NCBI RefSeq assembly: GCF_006345805.1
Contig: NC_043009.1
Coordinates: forward strand, 41,974,001-42,038,000
Origin: Octopus sinensis
Taxonomy: Eukaryota
Length of the DNA: 64,000 nucleotides
Direction: 5' to 3'
A program made the translations under genes and the position numbers. A model generated the notes under the pieces. That model ran no database searches, was not told the origin of the DNA, and worked only from the letters and a program-made list of their open reading frames with translations. Position 1 is the first letter of the stretch; every line of letters starts with the position of its first letter. Shown in pieces: positions 24,383-39,035 of the stretch.

Positions 24383-25991
24383 CATTCTCATTATTATTAT
24401 CATTTTGGTTTGTCTCAGCTTCGATCTTATTCTTGGTAGTGATTATGTGGGTAGCAGGTTACTACCTGTAACCTTTGTCGTAATACTCTTCCGCTAGGTG
24501 CGCTCCTGATCCAGCATTCAATAACCGTTCGACTTGCCTCCTTATCCCACCTTCTCTGTCTCTGACAGTATACAAGCAGTTTCTAGATGACTACCTGGCC
24601 GCACTGCTCAGCCAGAGGGCACCTGCCAGCCGAAATGCTTTCATCTTTGTTTCTAGCATCATTAACACCATTATCTTATACATCTGTATTAGACATTTTC
24701 ACTCAACATGAGGTTTGTATCTTAAGATTAGCCACCAACCCGTATTTTTATCGAGACACCATCTCTAGTAAGATTGTCAACCATGACTGCAGAGCTCTTA
24801 CTACCCATAAGTTGGGCCTGTTCTCATCGCATTTTTGTATGTTGGGAACCATACTCATGGCTCTCACTAGGGGATAGGTGAACGTCAGTTGGTCCCATAT
24901 CTTCATCCAAATATTGCTCCGGATTTAAGTCCCGATTCCCGGTTCATTTACCATCATCATAGGCATGGAGCCGTTGAATACTGGCAGGTTGTCGTCACTA
25001 TGACTAAGGAGTCCTACCTACCCCAGTTTTAAATCAGGGTATTCCTTCTCCTAGACAGACTGTTTTCCGAATGGCCATTGTCTCTTCTGAGTTTGCCGGG
25101 TTTTGCTTTAAATCCTGCTGTGTGTCGAAAATCCAGCCTCCCTACCGAGCAAGCTCAATGGGGTTGCCAGTTTAATTGCCGACGACTCGGTGGATTTTAA
25201 TGTTTGTGAGGAGCGTCGACAAGTTAGAACTAGCATGCTTAATATATAGAAATTTATGAACGACATCTCAATGTTTAAAAACAGAAAAACCACATCGTAT
25301 TCACGATAAAAGAATCTATCAATAGAAAATCACATCGTTGTTAAGATATAAAAATCTATTAACATCTCAAAGTTTTAGCAAACATAGAAGGTAAAAGAAA
25401 AATTCAGACACTATTGGGAAGAGCTGTTAAATGGCGATCCTGAAAAGTCAATGGAAGAGGAAAGAGAGAGAGAGAGAGAGAAAGTGAGAGAGAGAGAGAG
25501 AAATAGGGACGAAGAGGAAGCAGGCGGGTAAGCTTGCCAAAATTCCAGCATGGGGACGAATTTATGTATAGAAATCTAGGTTGGGTGGGGGGTGAGGACC
25601 TAGCATACCTAAGATATAAAAATGTATGAAACTTTTGCGAGGAGCGTCCACAAGCTGGAACTAGCCTGGCTAAGATATTGAAATTAATGAAGAAAATCTC
25701 AAAGTTTTAAAAAAATCTATTGTAATCTATCTATAAAAAAAACTACATAGTATTTGCGATAAACGAAAATCTATGAAAAATCTATCCATGAAAAATTATT
25801 ATTATTATTATTATTATTAATGTTGTTGTTTGTTGTTGTTTTTTTCAACATTTGGTAGTTTCAAACAAATTTCTACCGCATGACCTGCTACAACTCCGTG
25901 TTGCTTATTACTATTATTATTATTATTATTATTATTAGTGTTGTTGTTGTTGTTATTGTTGTTGTCGTCGTCGTTATCATCGTCATCGTCG

Positions 25992-26025
<34 letters not shown>

Positions 26026-26890
26026 TATTATTATTATTATTAATATTATTATTATCATTATTATCATTATAATTATTATTATTATTATTCATGAGCTTAG
26101 TCAGATTCGTCGCTGTTTTTACGATACATTTGTGACCTAGATCCCGGGCCTATCAAATTGAATATGCAAGCAAATTCTTATGAAGCAACATCAAACTTTT
26201 AATCCCTTTAATAATTAATGATTACATACAATTAGATAATACAAATGTTACATTCATCCTTATTACTCAAGTCATTTAACAGATCAACTTATAATACATT
26301 ATTAATTAGTTGTTAGTACACTTTTGCTCCTCTGCTTTACAAGAACATGTCAGCTCCGTTCACATCAAAGTTCAGCTATGGCCCTGGCCTCTGCATATAC
26401 AATAGTTCGACGTTTGACTTGTTCTGTAGTAGAGAACAGAAATATCTCTTCTCTTCTTGGTAAAATTACAAAATATTAGGACGATAAGAACAGACCTAGA
26501 ACTTCTTTCTTGTTCATGACCATGACTAATGTATAGTAAATAAAAATTAAAAAAGATAAAAGGAACATGACATGACGAAACAAAACAAAACAAAACAAAT
26601 AATAACAATAAATAATAACAACAACAACAACAAAAAAGAAAGAAAGAAATTCCGAACGCTCTTATTCTTCAATATGAGAATAAGAATGAGAATGAAGACG
26701 GAACGAAATCACGCAACGAGCGTGTGAATAGAAACTGATTTCAACATTGCATGATAACTGTTCGAGAATAAAAGCGCTCAGTCGCAATGTAAGGGATGGG
26801 AGATAGCAGAGAGCGGGATAAACACGCACACACCGTACAGTTATACATATAAAGCTGAATGTGAGTGCTGTTGTGTATGCGTATATATAA

Positions 26891-26930
<40 letters not shown>

Positions 26931-27227
26931 ATTCGTAGATGTTTTGTAATTGCTCCACATATGAATATATTCGTAGGCACATGCAAGAATATTAACTTCT
27001 CGACTGAAATAGCACGTATACCTTCCTCAAATATACGCGACACTTATGCACATGAATATATGCAAACACATACAAACACACGCAGAAAAACACACACATA
27101 CACACACACACGTACATAAACATACGTGTGTAAAATGTACAATTGTATTCATATACAATCACGCATAAAAAACAACATGTATACATTCAAACAATATGCG
27201 CATTATTATACGCACGCTCACATATAA

Positions 27228-27263
<36 letters not shown>

Positions 27264-27345
27264 GTGTGTGTGTGTGTGTGTATTTATAAGCTTGCATGTA
27301 TATAGGTATGCAGCATAAATTCATACATACATACATACATACATG

Positions 27346-27413
<68 letters not shown>

Positions 27414-27452
27414 TAGATAGATAGATAGATAGATAACTAGATAGATAGATAG

Positions 27453-27536
<84 letters not shown>

Positions 27537-27954
27537 AAGATTGATACATAGATAGATATATAGAGATATACATATATATATTATTTCTATATTCAGAGAT
27601 ACATACATAGATTCATATGCATACAAACACATACATACACAAACATATATAACATACCCGTTAATACATAGATACATGCATGCACACATAGATATTGCCT
27701 AGAAATGGACTTAAGGATGCGTATATACATAGAAAATATATCAACTTCGACAGATATCGATACCTTTTCATACAAACATAGATATGTGATGACCATTATA
27801 TATACATTCAGACACTCATACGTATACATACATACACTCATACATATATAGACACAGTTGTGCAAGTGTGTGTCTCTGTGTGTGAATGCATGTGTGTATG
27901 TGTGACTGTGTTAGTGTGACAGGTTTTGTGTGCACGAAGTGCATGTCTATACGC

Positions 27955-28031
<77 letters not shown>

Positions 28032-28772
28032 ATATATTTATACTTAGATATGTACATGTATATATATGTATATGTGTGTGTAACATATATATATACACAT
28101 ACTCATGCGTGTGCTTGTGTATATGCATAAAAGTATGTGCGTATGTATATATGTATATTATCTACCCCAAAACCCTAAGGGATGTCAAAGACAGGTTAGA
28201 CATCATTGTGGGCAACATAATTGTTCGTATATAACTGTATGATTATGGTATGCATGTGTTTATACACTCACACACACACACACTCACACACACACATACA
28301 CATATTCATGTGTATTTGTGCGTGATTTGTGACTGTCTCTGCCGGTCTATGTGTATCTATCTATCTATATATATATATATATATGTACACACATACATAC
28401 AGAGAGAGAGAGAGAGAGAGAGACTATGATTTTTTTCGCGCCAACCAATGGAAACCCCCTTTGATGTTTATTGTTATCTGCTCGCTTATATATTAAGTGT
28501 TATCTCAGGCATTATCTATTGAATTTACAATATTTTTTTTTCTGGCTCTTCCACCAAACGTTGCCTCTATTCCAGTGAAAAGGGGAGACTAGACAGTTGA
28601 TAAAAGATCAACATATTGAACATATCTTCAGATCAGACAGGGACAACTAAAACAACAATTGCTATAATAGAAGTCGCCTCTATATGTATGTATGCATGTA
28701 TGTGTATATATATATACATATATATATATGCATATATATATATGTATATTATATGCATATTATATATATGCA

Positions 28773-28818
<46 letters not shown>

Positions 28819-28856
28819 GTATATATGTATATATGTTATATATATGTATATATGTA

Positions 28857-28923
<67 letters not shown>

Positions 28924-29430
28924 CGGATTTCAACGATCGAATGAACAAACAGTGACTCAACTCCAGCGAAGGAATGTTTTTATTTGTTTTATTTATTTAT
29001 ATATTTTGTTATTTTTATTTTCATTTTATTGCCCCACTTAACTATCGGAGATTACAACTCGACTCCCTACCTCCACCCTACCACCACCACCACCACCACC
29101 ACCACCTCCACCACTATCACCACCACCACCACCACCACCACCACCACCACCACCACCACCCCTGCACCCGACACACAACCGTGCGCTTTGGAATCGGTGG
29201 TAGAATTTAAGGGCGTCGAATTGAATCAAGTGGTTTAGATTAAAAGAAACTCTGGCTTTGCTCCCCAAAAAAGCAACGTTCACGTTCTCTTACGCACGCT
29301 GGTGCGCGATCCAAGCATGGAATCACGCTTGGAGGAAGACACCCATATACATTCTTGGACATATAGATGCACACAAACACAGCGAGGTACAGGGTGACAA
29401 GCATACACACACACGCATAAGCACGTGCGC

Positions 29431-29471
<41 letters not shown>

Positions 29472-30199
29472 GACATACACACTTCTATATATAAATATAT
29501 CAATATACGTATCTTTTGCTTTTGTGTTTTATCTGTTATCTTTTGCTCCTTCAGTGCCGCGCTGTGGCACTGCGTCGAGCGGTTTTTTTCCTTCCATAAA
29601 TTGACGTGTACTTTTTTCCGTTGATTTCTTTTCCCGGACAGCTAGGTTATATCCAAATTCCATAGATACACACCAGGCACTGCGTCGAAAGGGTTTATTC
29701 CATGAATCGACTGGTGCCTTTTTTTGTCTGTTAATGTCTTTTGCCAAACATCTAGGTTACAGGGATGTAAACAAACCAACACTGATTCTCAAGTAATGTG
29801 GTTTAAACACACACAAACACACGCGCGCACACACATGCACAGATTAGGCTTTCACACAGTTTCGTTGCCATCGTTTCTATAGACGACATCTCGATGGCAG
29901 AGCCAGTTGAACTGATATGCCATCTCTTATTAAGTATTAATTCATCAACCAATCGTTTGCTCCAGTTACGACGCCTGCTGGATGGACATCTTTCAGTTCG
30001 CAGATGCTTACGATAGTAACATAACTGATTATAAAAGAGAACTGTAATTACGCAAACACATGTGAATAAAACGGGCTACTTGAGAAATGGATGGGGACCC
30101 TAGCGAATTATATGTATTTCTTTATTGCTCACAAGGGGCTACACATAGAGGAGACAAACAAGGACAGACAAAGTGCGTAACTGGTACTTAATTTATCGG

Positions 30200-30575
30200 T
30201 TGTCAAGTGGTACTGGGACTAAGACAACCACAAAGGCATACATGCATGCAGAAATACACTCTGAAACACAGATATATATGACGTGCTTCTTTTAGTTTCT
30301 CCCCACCAAATCCACTCACAAAGCAGCGGTCGGCTTGGGTTGTAGTAATAAATACCTGTCCATGGTGCCACGTAGTGGGACTGAATCTAGGACCATGTTG
30401 ATTAAGAACCAAACTTCTTACACATCTACGCCATTACGTTCATACATATATATGTATGTCTACACGAATGTATGGCTGTCTATCTATATATTTATCTATT
30501 TTTATATCTATTTCTATATCTGTTTATCTATCTATCTATCTACCTAGTTATATATCTATCTATCTATCTATCTAT
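30200..30575 (-). mobile_element. SINE family B plus flank, inverted copy of 38590-38960
   Basis: Reverse complement of the gtgtggtaagaagtttg...gtggatttggt SINE body, sharing its non-SINE flank with the 38.6-kb copy. Confidence 0.75.
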
Positions 30576-30579
30576 CTAC

Positions 30580-31100
30580 CAGAGAGCCTGGACAAATCGC
30601 AGCTTCACAAAAAAAAAACGCTGATCGTTTACAAGGCATGCGTACAAATGTCTCTAGTGTACTGTTCTGAAACATGGACAGCTCGCCATAAGCATCTCAA
30701 GCTTGAGCGCTTCATCAAAAATGTTTGAGACTTATACTCAAATCAAGTGGTCAAGTAAAACACTTGACAAAGAAGTCTTACGAAGGCAGGATGCTCAAGC
30801 ATTCAGTCATTCATGATATCTTATCAGATGTATTAATTAGGCAGGCTATTCTGTGCATATTGAAAAGAACAAGATTTCAAAGCAGCGGGTCTACAGTGGG
30901 CTGTGCACTGGAAAGCGTCCTCGGTACAAACCACAAAAAATGTACAAATACTTCATAAAAGTCAACTTGATGGAACAGCAAGTTTTTGTAAAGAACTGGG
31001 GAAGAGCACGCATTGGAATAGAGTGGAGGAAGCGTAGAAAGGAATGCTGTAAAACCTCTGAAGAGGGTCGCCTTGATCACGAATACCTAAAGCACTAATT
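30580..31100 (+). mobile_element. RTE-clade LINE 3' fragment, degraded
   Basis: LIVYKACVQMSLVYCSETWT..LERF; KISKQRVYSGLCTGKRPRYKPQKMYKYFIKVNL. Confidence 0.75.
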
Positions 31101-31961
31101 TCGGATGGGTTGTTATCAGAACCCCAATGAAGACATAAGGTGTTGGCAGCTTGAGACGTGTGTGAGTATGCCAACCATCTGAAGTCCAATGACAGATCAA
31201 CTGTATGCAATGTCTTTCCTCCTCGACCTGGTGATTCGAGTGTGTAGTATGCGAAATGGCATGTAGGTTGAGTTCGGATTTGACGAGACATATTATTCAC
31301 AGGGATTATATCTCAGAAACTGATCAATCCAGTGGAATTTATAACTTCACTCTGTTACTGATGCTTCAAACAATGCAGGTCTGAGGTGAGACTGAATACT
31401 CATCTGAGAAAGCATAGACGGAAGGTCAGAAACAACGAGGAGGCTCAGAGAGATGGCAATCTCTAAATAAGATGATTTATCGTGTTTGTATGCATTGCAT
31501 TATTTGGAAATTAAAACACAAACCAGTGGGACATTAACACAGACAAAAACCTAGCTATAAAATATCGCTTATTAAAATGTTTAGTTCTTAATGAAAAAAT
31601 GTACGATTTATAAGACATCGGTTGTCGAAGATCGTTAAAAATGCAGAAACGGTATATTTTCGTTCATTCACCTTCCGTTCATTGATATTATGCCCAGCAT
31701 CTTGATAATATATAAATTACAAAATGAATAGAAGTGAAAAAGTAAATTAAAATTAAATGAATAGAGAGGGCAATAATGTATATAACCCGCTAAAATAGGA
31801 CTCTACCATTTTTATTTATTTATTGCTTGATAACAGTGATTTCTTCTGTTTACTTCGTAAAAGTACATTTGCTCGTATGCGTGCGCGCCTGGATGTTTGT
31901 GTGTTAATGTGTGTGTGTATGCGCTTGTTTGTTTGTGCAGCTGTGTACTTGAGAGAGAGAC

Positions 31962-31992
<31 letters not shown>

Positions 31993-32124
31993 CAGAGAGG
32001 GAAAGACAGAGGGAGAGAAAGAGAGAGAGCCTGTGTGGGTCTCTGTATATTCCTACATTTTCTAATATATATATATATATGTATATGCATATATGCATAT
32101 ATATACATACATATACATTATATA

Positions 32125-32260
<136 letters not shown>

Positions 32261-33483
32261 TTATATATACATATATATAACATATGCATATATAACTATA
32301 TATATATATTATATACACATACACACATGCACAGATATTTTATTATAGTTGGGTGTATATGTCTGCTTCAGTAATTTTCTGTATGAGTCTGTGCACGTGT
32401 TTGTGAATGAGTGTGCGTGTGCATGTGTACATGTGCGTGCGTGTGTGTGTGTGTGTGCGTGTACCAATCTATTGATATTATAACTCTCGTCTTTCGTGTA
32501 TTCCTTCTTGTTACCTGTCTGGTTCATTGTGTGCTTAGTTTACAAATTCTAGCCAAAAAAGTTGGCAAGGCGAGTAACTGCTGTGAACTGTGATGAAAAT
32601 ATGATTTATTAAAAATACAAACAACAAAAACTGAATAAAAATAAAATAAAAAAAAACAAAATAAATAATTTAAACAACAAACAAAAATAAGATAAATAAA
32701 AACAAACGATTCGTATAGTTATGCAGACAAAACTCACGGAATTCTTGACAAACCATATTTTCGCTTCGCTGCTATTGTTTGAAGAATACAAAACGAAAAA
32801 ATAACAAAACAGCCAAAATAAACATTCTCAAATAATGATATTATAGTAGAAGCATATATAAATGTATGGGTTTTTATTTATATTTTCTGTTGTGTTTTAT
32901 TTTTTATATATTTATTTATTGATTGTCTATTGTATGTTTGAAGTTTATCAAATGGGAATTCCCTTTGGATTTCTTTAACAAAAAAAATGCTCAGAATTAA
33001 ATGGCGCCAATAGGCAAGTGTTAACTTAACTGTCTCCGATTCTCTGAACGGCTGGCAAGTCCGGTCAAATGAAACCGATGACAAAAAAATTTTTCAGTGA
33101 GATTTCAAAACAGTAGCACACATGCACTTATACACATACCCACGCATGTAACCATACACATATACTCATATAAATAGGTGTATATATATATATACACACA
33201 TACTTTTAGGCATACATTTACACAAATACTAATATGTGTATATACTCACAAATATCCTTATGTACGTATACAGCAATAACAGAATTGTAAAACTTCCCTA
33301 AATATGCATTCATACATACATGCATATATACACACGCACACATATATGCAAAGAGATATCTATATATGTATGTATATATTTATATGTACACACACACACA
33401 TATATATATACATATATAAATATATACATACCCACATATATGCATAAATACATACATACAACTAACTGTGTATGTGTGTGTGA

Positions 33484-33516
<33 letters not shown>

Positions 33517-33603
33517 TGTGTTTGTGTATAAAGAATTGTGTGTGTATATGTATATAGATATGTATATACATATGTGTGTGTATATGTGTGTGTGTAATAA
33601 CCA

Positions 33604-33852
33604 CAGGGTGGTGCAAAAGTAGGCATGCAGTTATGAAAAAGAAAACACGTACAATACTCATTTATTTTTGTCAAAAAAATTAGGAGTTACGATTAAAGTA
33701 TTATCATAGTTATGATAAATGTATTATTATGATTAATGACCCTGAAAATATAAAAAATGAGGCTAACTAATTTGATGTGCTAATAATTTTAATGAATCAA
33801 TAATTATAACATTGATGTCATACGTACTATATACCCACTTTTGCACCCCCTG
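33604..33852. mobile_element. Tc1/mariner-type MITE
   Basis: Imperfect TIRs cagggtggtgcaaaagtagg / cccacttttgcaccccctg, with TA at the right end. Confidence 0.6.
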
Positions 33853-33889
33853 TATATATCTGTGTAGAGTATCATTACTATTATTATTA

Positions 33890-33924
<35 letters not shown>

Positions 33925-33926
<2 letters not shown>

Positions 33927-34030
33927 GAGTGAGAGAGCAGTTCACGCCATCAAAGTGACACTCGGGTAAAATATACGAAGCCCAATATACCCATCATGAC
34001 TACCCGTCTGATAAGGGTACACCAGGCACA
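33925..34030. mobile_element. Partial copy of the 44262-44800 repeat
   Basis: gagagcagt..atcaaagtgacact..atatacgaagccc..catcatgactacccgtctgataagggtacac is shared, and also follows (ATT)n. Confidence 0.75.
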
Positions 34031-34032
34031 TT

Positions 34033-34096
<64 letters not shown>

Positions 34097-34121
34097 GTAG
34101 TAGTAGTAGTAGAAGTAGTAA

Positions 34122-34183
<62 letters not shown>

Positions 34184-34186
<3 letters not shown>

Positions 34187-34591
34187 ATAGTAGTAGTAGT
34201 ATAAGATGTGTATTCAGAGGGCTGTGTGGGTAACAGTCTACATATAAATACAATACAGAGCACTATGTAGTATTTAACATCATCAACAAATCAATCCGAA
34301 TAAAGAAAGCTAGCTCATCAGGTCACCGGTGCATCATGGTTACATCAGCGATTCAACGTCCATATCTTCTATTTTATGCGTTATATATATATAACGCATA
34401 AAATAGAAGATATGGACGTTGAATCGCTGATGTAACCATGATGCACCGGTGACCTGATGAGCTAGCTTTCTTTATTCGGATTGATTTGTTGATGATGTTA
34501 AATACTACATAGTGCTCTGTATTGTATTTATATGTAGACTGTTACCCACACAGCCCTCTGAATACACATCTTATACTACTACTACTATTAC
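34184..34591. repeat. Perfect 408-bp palindrome centred on (TA)n
   Basis: Base-by-base reverse-complement identity of the 204-bp arms. The centre lies between 34387 and 34388. Confidence 0.95.
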
Positions 34592-34999
34592 AATTACAAG
34601 TAGTAGCCTTGAAGCCGCCCTTCCGACGGGGTTCAAGCTAGCTCCTGCGGGAGGGCCACACTATCGGGCTACATCACGGACTTCTACCCTTGTTTAATGA
34701 AACTTATTTATGCAAATGTAAACACTGTAACTGACCATAGTTTAGTCAATAAGCGTAGGAGCGAGGTAAATGCAGCCAAAATAGTGGGGGGGGGGGGGCA
34801 GTGGGGACCCATTTAAGCGGACCTTCAGAAATTGAACCTCCTTACGATACACTCTGAGAGTTCATGCTATGAAATTGATAGTAATCGCTCCGATTTGGTC
34901 GCCAATGCCATATTTTTAGTTTAAAATGCAATAAATTTAGGGGGTCAGTGTGGCCCCAATTAGGCACCGCTGATCTGAGATCATGTGCTCAAACAAAAT

Positions 35000-35122
35000 C
35001 AATTGCAGCGAGGAAGGTGTTTATAAGCAATACGGAACTTTGTCAAAGCAACGAAAATATTTTGACGAATTAAATTTAAATGTTTTTTAAATAGCTTATA
35101 AACACCTACCACGCTGCAATTG
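35000..35122. mobile_element. Small MITE-like inverted repeat
   Basis: 29-bp arms caattgcagcgaggaaggtgtttataagc / gcttataaacacctaccacgctgcaattg, with 2 mismatches. Confidence 0.55.
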
Positions 35123-35133
35123 TTTATTATACA

Positions 35134-35166
<33 letters not shown>

Positions 35167-35167
35167 G

Positions 35168-35208
<41 letters not shown>

Positions 35209-35248
35209 GTTTAAATTCCGAAATATAACAATATATATATATATATAC

Positions 35249-35408
35249 GCGCAGGAGTGGCTGTGTGGTAAGTAGCTTGCTAACCAACCACATGGTTCCG
35301 GGTTCAGTCCTACTGCGTGGCATCTTGGGCAAGTGTCTTCTGCTATAGCCCCGGGCCGACCAATGCCTTGTGAGTGGATTTGGTAGACGAAAACTGAAAG
35401 AAGCCTGT

Positions 35409-35463
<55 letters not shown>

Positions 35464-35680
35464 TGTGTGTGTTTGTGTGTCTGTGTTTGTCCCTCTAGCA
35501 TTGCTTGGCAACCGATGCTGGAGTGTTTACGTCCCCGTCACTTAGCGGTCCGGCATAAGAGACCGATAGAATAAGAACTGGGCTTACAAAGGATAAGTCC
35601 CGGGGTCGATTTGCTCGATCAAAGGCGGTGCTCCAGCATGGCCGCAGTCAAATGACTGAAAAAAGTAAAAGAGTAAAGAG
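35249..35680 (+). mobile_element. tRNA-derived SINE, family B, with internal microsatellite
   Basis: gcgcaggagtggctgtgtggtaag head, ccgggttcagtcc B-box-like motif and gtaaaaga tandem tail. Confidence 0.85.
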
Positions 35681-35689
35681 AGAGTGAGA

Positions 35690-35731
<42 letters not shown>

Positions 35732-36179
35732 GAGTAAGCGGACAAATAAAAGAAAAATGCACTTAGCATAGTTAGTAGGAGTTACATGTATTATTTAAAA
35801 CAGTTTGATTCGGTTCTGTGCGACTTCAAGTTTCGCAGGTCACCAACTGGTGCCCGTCTTTTTCGGTCTTTGGATTGCCGAAACCAAAATTCGGCCGCGG
35901 TCCCGTTAGAAGGCTGCAAAACAATAAAGAAGTGACAATGATTCTAATGTTTCGGTAATTCAAATTTTGTAATGGAAAAAAATAATTTAATGAAATATAA
36001 GAATATTGAAAGAATAAGCGCTTAACACTTTTTAGGTATGCAGATCTTAATTCAATTTCAAGTTAAAAGTTCAGTTGCTCTTCCTAAATAAAACATCTAC
36101 ACAGACTTATATGTGTGTATGGGTATAATGTATGTATGCGAATATATATTCATAGAAACCAAATTATAAATGAATATTT

Positions 36180-36214
<35 letters not shown>

Positions 36215-36500
36215 CGTGGAGGCGCAATGGCCCAGTGTGTTGGGCAGCGGACACGATTCCCTGACCGGGCGTTGTGAGTGTTTATTGAGCGAAAACACCT
36301 AAAGCTCCACGAGTCTCCGGCAGGGGGGGGGGGTGCGATCCCTGCTGTACTCTTTCGCCACAACTTTCTCTCACTTTTTCCTCTGTTGGCCTGCTCGCTT
36401 AGCCAGCGGGGTAGCGTCATTTGAAGGCTAAAACCATGCTAAGCGCATTGTGACCAGCGATGTGTAGCAACATCTGATAGCCTGGTCGGTCACATTGATA
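36215..36500 (+). mobile_element. tRNA-derived SINE, family C
   Basis: ggaggcgcaatggcccagtg head. Reverse-complement relative at 45760-46010. Confidence 0.7.
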
Positions 36501-36512
36501 TATATATATATA

Positions 36513-37021
36513 CTAGCAGTATCGCCCGGCGTTGCTCGGGTTTGTAAGGGAAATAACTATATAAGCATTTTTAGAGAGTTACTTCCCTTATAAATTCGGG
36601 CTTTCTTAGCCATTTTTGTTTTGGTGTCTTCAAGCCATGAAGTCGTTGTTCTAAAAGAACGCTGGTTTCCTTCACAACGCATTACGACGTTGATTTCTTT
36701 ACACTCCCTTCCCCACAGCTTCACGAGGGAGGGAAGGGGGAGAAGCAAACAGGTGCAGCTGTGAGCGTGGACGCCAACTCCGCCGCCATCGACATACGAT
36801 GCATTTTATGCATTAAAATGGAATATAAAAAATGATGTTAAATTATTTTAAAAATCGTAGACTCATCGTTGACGCGCGCTAATAGTCAGACGGGCTCGAT
36901 ATGAATCACGACTATAAGATACCCGAATTTGGTTAAACTGCACCGCAAAATGTAGGAGGAGTTAGGAATCTAAATCGAAGGGGACAGACACTCACACAAC
37001 TAGAGTTTTATATATATAGAT
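36513..37021 (+). mobile_element. Non-autonomous Helitron-like element
   Basis: The 5' end actagcagtatcgcccggcgttgctcggg and the 3' end gacagacactcac..ttttatatatatagat resemble Lep1/DINE-type rolling-circle elements. Confidence 0.6.
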
Positions 37022-37689
37022 ATATATATATATATATACACATACATTCAAATACGCACACACACATATAAATACATATATCTGTATGTGTGTATGTATA
37101 CACACACACGCATACACACACATAGATATTTCTGTAGTTATGCATTTATAGGTAGACAGATAAACAATGCTTCATTAGAGATAGAGGAAGTTGAACGCAC
37201 AATATAATAACATAAATGTTAAAAACACCACCCCTGCAGTATATAAAAGATTTATTCCGCAGGGGTTGTAGACAATATTATTCAATTAAATTCAACATGT
37301 CTGGTGTATAATGGTCTTTTATAAACAAATGTATTTGTTTTGTGTGTGAGAATTCAAATGAAACAGCTCTCAATTAATTTCCCTTAGCTACAGATCAATC
37401 ACTTTAGAATACTACCTCCTTCTTTCTTTCGTTATTTGTTTATTTATTCTACTTTTAACGCCGATGAAATTTTTTTTTTAGTGAAAAATTTTGAACTCAG
37501 ATTTATAGCCAAATTTTTAAAACATTGTTTAGTTTAACACATAGAAATGAACCAAGTCGTCAAATTCTCATTGGGTTTTCTTAATGGAGTTACGATATTG
37601 TTCATAAACAGGCATAAAATGATAAACACATCTACGATAATATCACAGATAAAAAGGGGAATGTAGGATACAAACAAAGGAGATTTATA

Positions 37690-37965
37690 GGCGCTTGTGT
37701 GCGGTAAGAAACTGTCTTCCTAACCACATGGTTCCAGATTCAGTCCCACTGAGTAGCACCTTGAGCAAGTATCTTCTACTGTAGCGTCGGACCAAATAAA
37801 GCTTTGACATTGGATTTGAAGCCTATCGTGTGTATGTGTGTATGTGAGTCTGTGTGTGTTTGAGCCAGTAGCCGTCCCACCACACCGCTTGACAACCGGT
37901 GTTGGTTTATTTACGTTCCTGTAAATTAGTAGTTCGGCAAAAGACACCGATAGAATGAGTTTGGG
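37690..37965 (+). mobile_element. SINE family B, diverged
   Basis: Same head and body motifs as the 35249 copy. Confidence 0.7.
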
Positions 37966-38054
37966 GATGACCACTACTTTATTATCTCCCCTTCTTCCTA
38001 GCTCTCCTGTGTGACCCCTCTGTCCGGCATTCGCCATGATAGATCGCTAGCAGC

Positions 38055-38230
38055 TAAAACTTTTTCTATTTTCTCTCCCTGTTTATTTCTGTGTTCCTTT
38101 CTGTCGAAGAGCGTAGGCTCGAAACGTAAACAATTTTCTCACTTCCCGAGCGTTAAACTAATACATCTGTTTCTGGTTAACACAGCCGTCTTCGTCTTTT
38201 GCTTTTTTGTAAATTCTCACTATAAATATA
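38055..38230 (+). mobile_element. Solo pLTR-like repeat with hammerhead-like motif
   Basis: CTGTCGA-A-GAGC gtag GCTC-GAAA-CG-TA at 38101-38128. Ends in tatat. Homologous to the PLE pLTR 3' end. Confidence 0.65.
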
Positions 38231-38279
38231 TAAGGGTAATTTCACCACGTTGAACAGTTAACCCTTACATGTTTTTTCT

Positions 38280-38460
38280 CCCTACCTTTCTTTTATTTCG
38301 TTCTCTCTTCATTATTTTCTTCTTAATCCTTTCTGTCGAAGCGTGTAGGCTCGAAACTTTAAAGACTTTTCTATTCTTCCAAAGCTTCAAACTGATACAC
38401 TTACTTGTTGTTCCTACACCTGCCTTCGTCTTTGTCTTTTTCTTCCTGTAAATTTGAACG

Positions 38461-38465
<5 letters not shown>
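38280..38465 (+). mobile_element. Second, more degenerate solo pLTR-like repeat
   Basis: ctgtcgaagcgtgtaggctcgaaactttaaagac at 38333-38366, with a mutated stem II. Ends in (AT)n. Confidence 0.55.
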
Positions 38466-38495
<30 letters not shown>

Positions 38496-38514
38496 GATAG
38501 ATAGATAGATAGAT

Positions 38515-38552
<38 letters not shown>

Positions 38553-38581
38553 GATAGATAGATAGATAGATAGATAGATAG

Positions 38582-38612
<31 letters not shown>

Positions 38613-38724
38613 CTAGGTAGATAGATAGATAGATAAACAGATATAGAAATAGATATAAAAATAGATAAATATATAGATAGACAGTCATACATTCGTGTAG
38701 ACATACATATATACGTATGAACGT

Positions 38725-39035
38725 AATGGCGTAGATGTGTGGTAAGAAGTTTGGTTCTTAATCAACATGGTCCTAGATTCAGTCCCACTACGTGGCACCA
38801 TGGACAGGTGTTTAATACTACAACCCAAGCCGACCGCTGCTTTGTGAGTGGATTTGGTGGGGAGAAACTAAAAGAAGCACGTCATATATATATATATCTG
38901 TATTTCAGAGTGTATTTCTGCATGCATGTATGCCTTTGTGGTTGTCTTAGCACCACTTGGCAACCAGTGTTTGTTTGTTTCCGTCTCTGTAACATAGCGG
39001 TTCAGCAAAAGAGCCCAATAGAATAAGTACCAGGT
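38725..39035 (+). mobile_element. SINE family B
   Basis: gtgtggtaagaagtttg..ttcagtcccac body. Confidence 0.75.

Noticed and set aside
25020-25100. ggtattccttctcctagacag, reminiscent of HDV-like ribozymes in RTE leaders
   Set aside because: P1 lacks the expected 5' G, and P2/P4 could not be completed by eye.
26330-26460. Isolated exon-like segments (also 28150-28235, 58230-58335, 61500-61557, 61730-61830)
   Set aside because: Each has a weak splice site or no recognisable homology, and they do not assemble into a consistent gene model.
34455-34470. CTGATGAGCTAGC inside the palindrome
   Set aside because: It is followed by TTTC rather than GAAA and is fully paired in the hairpin.
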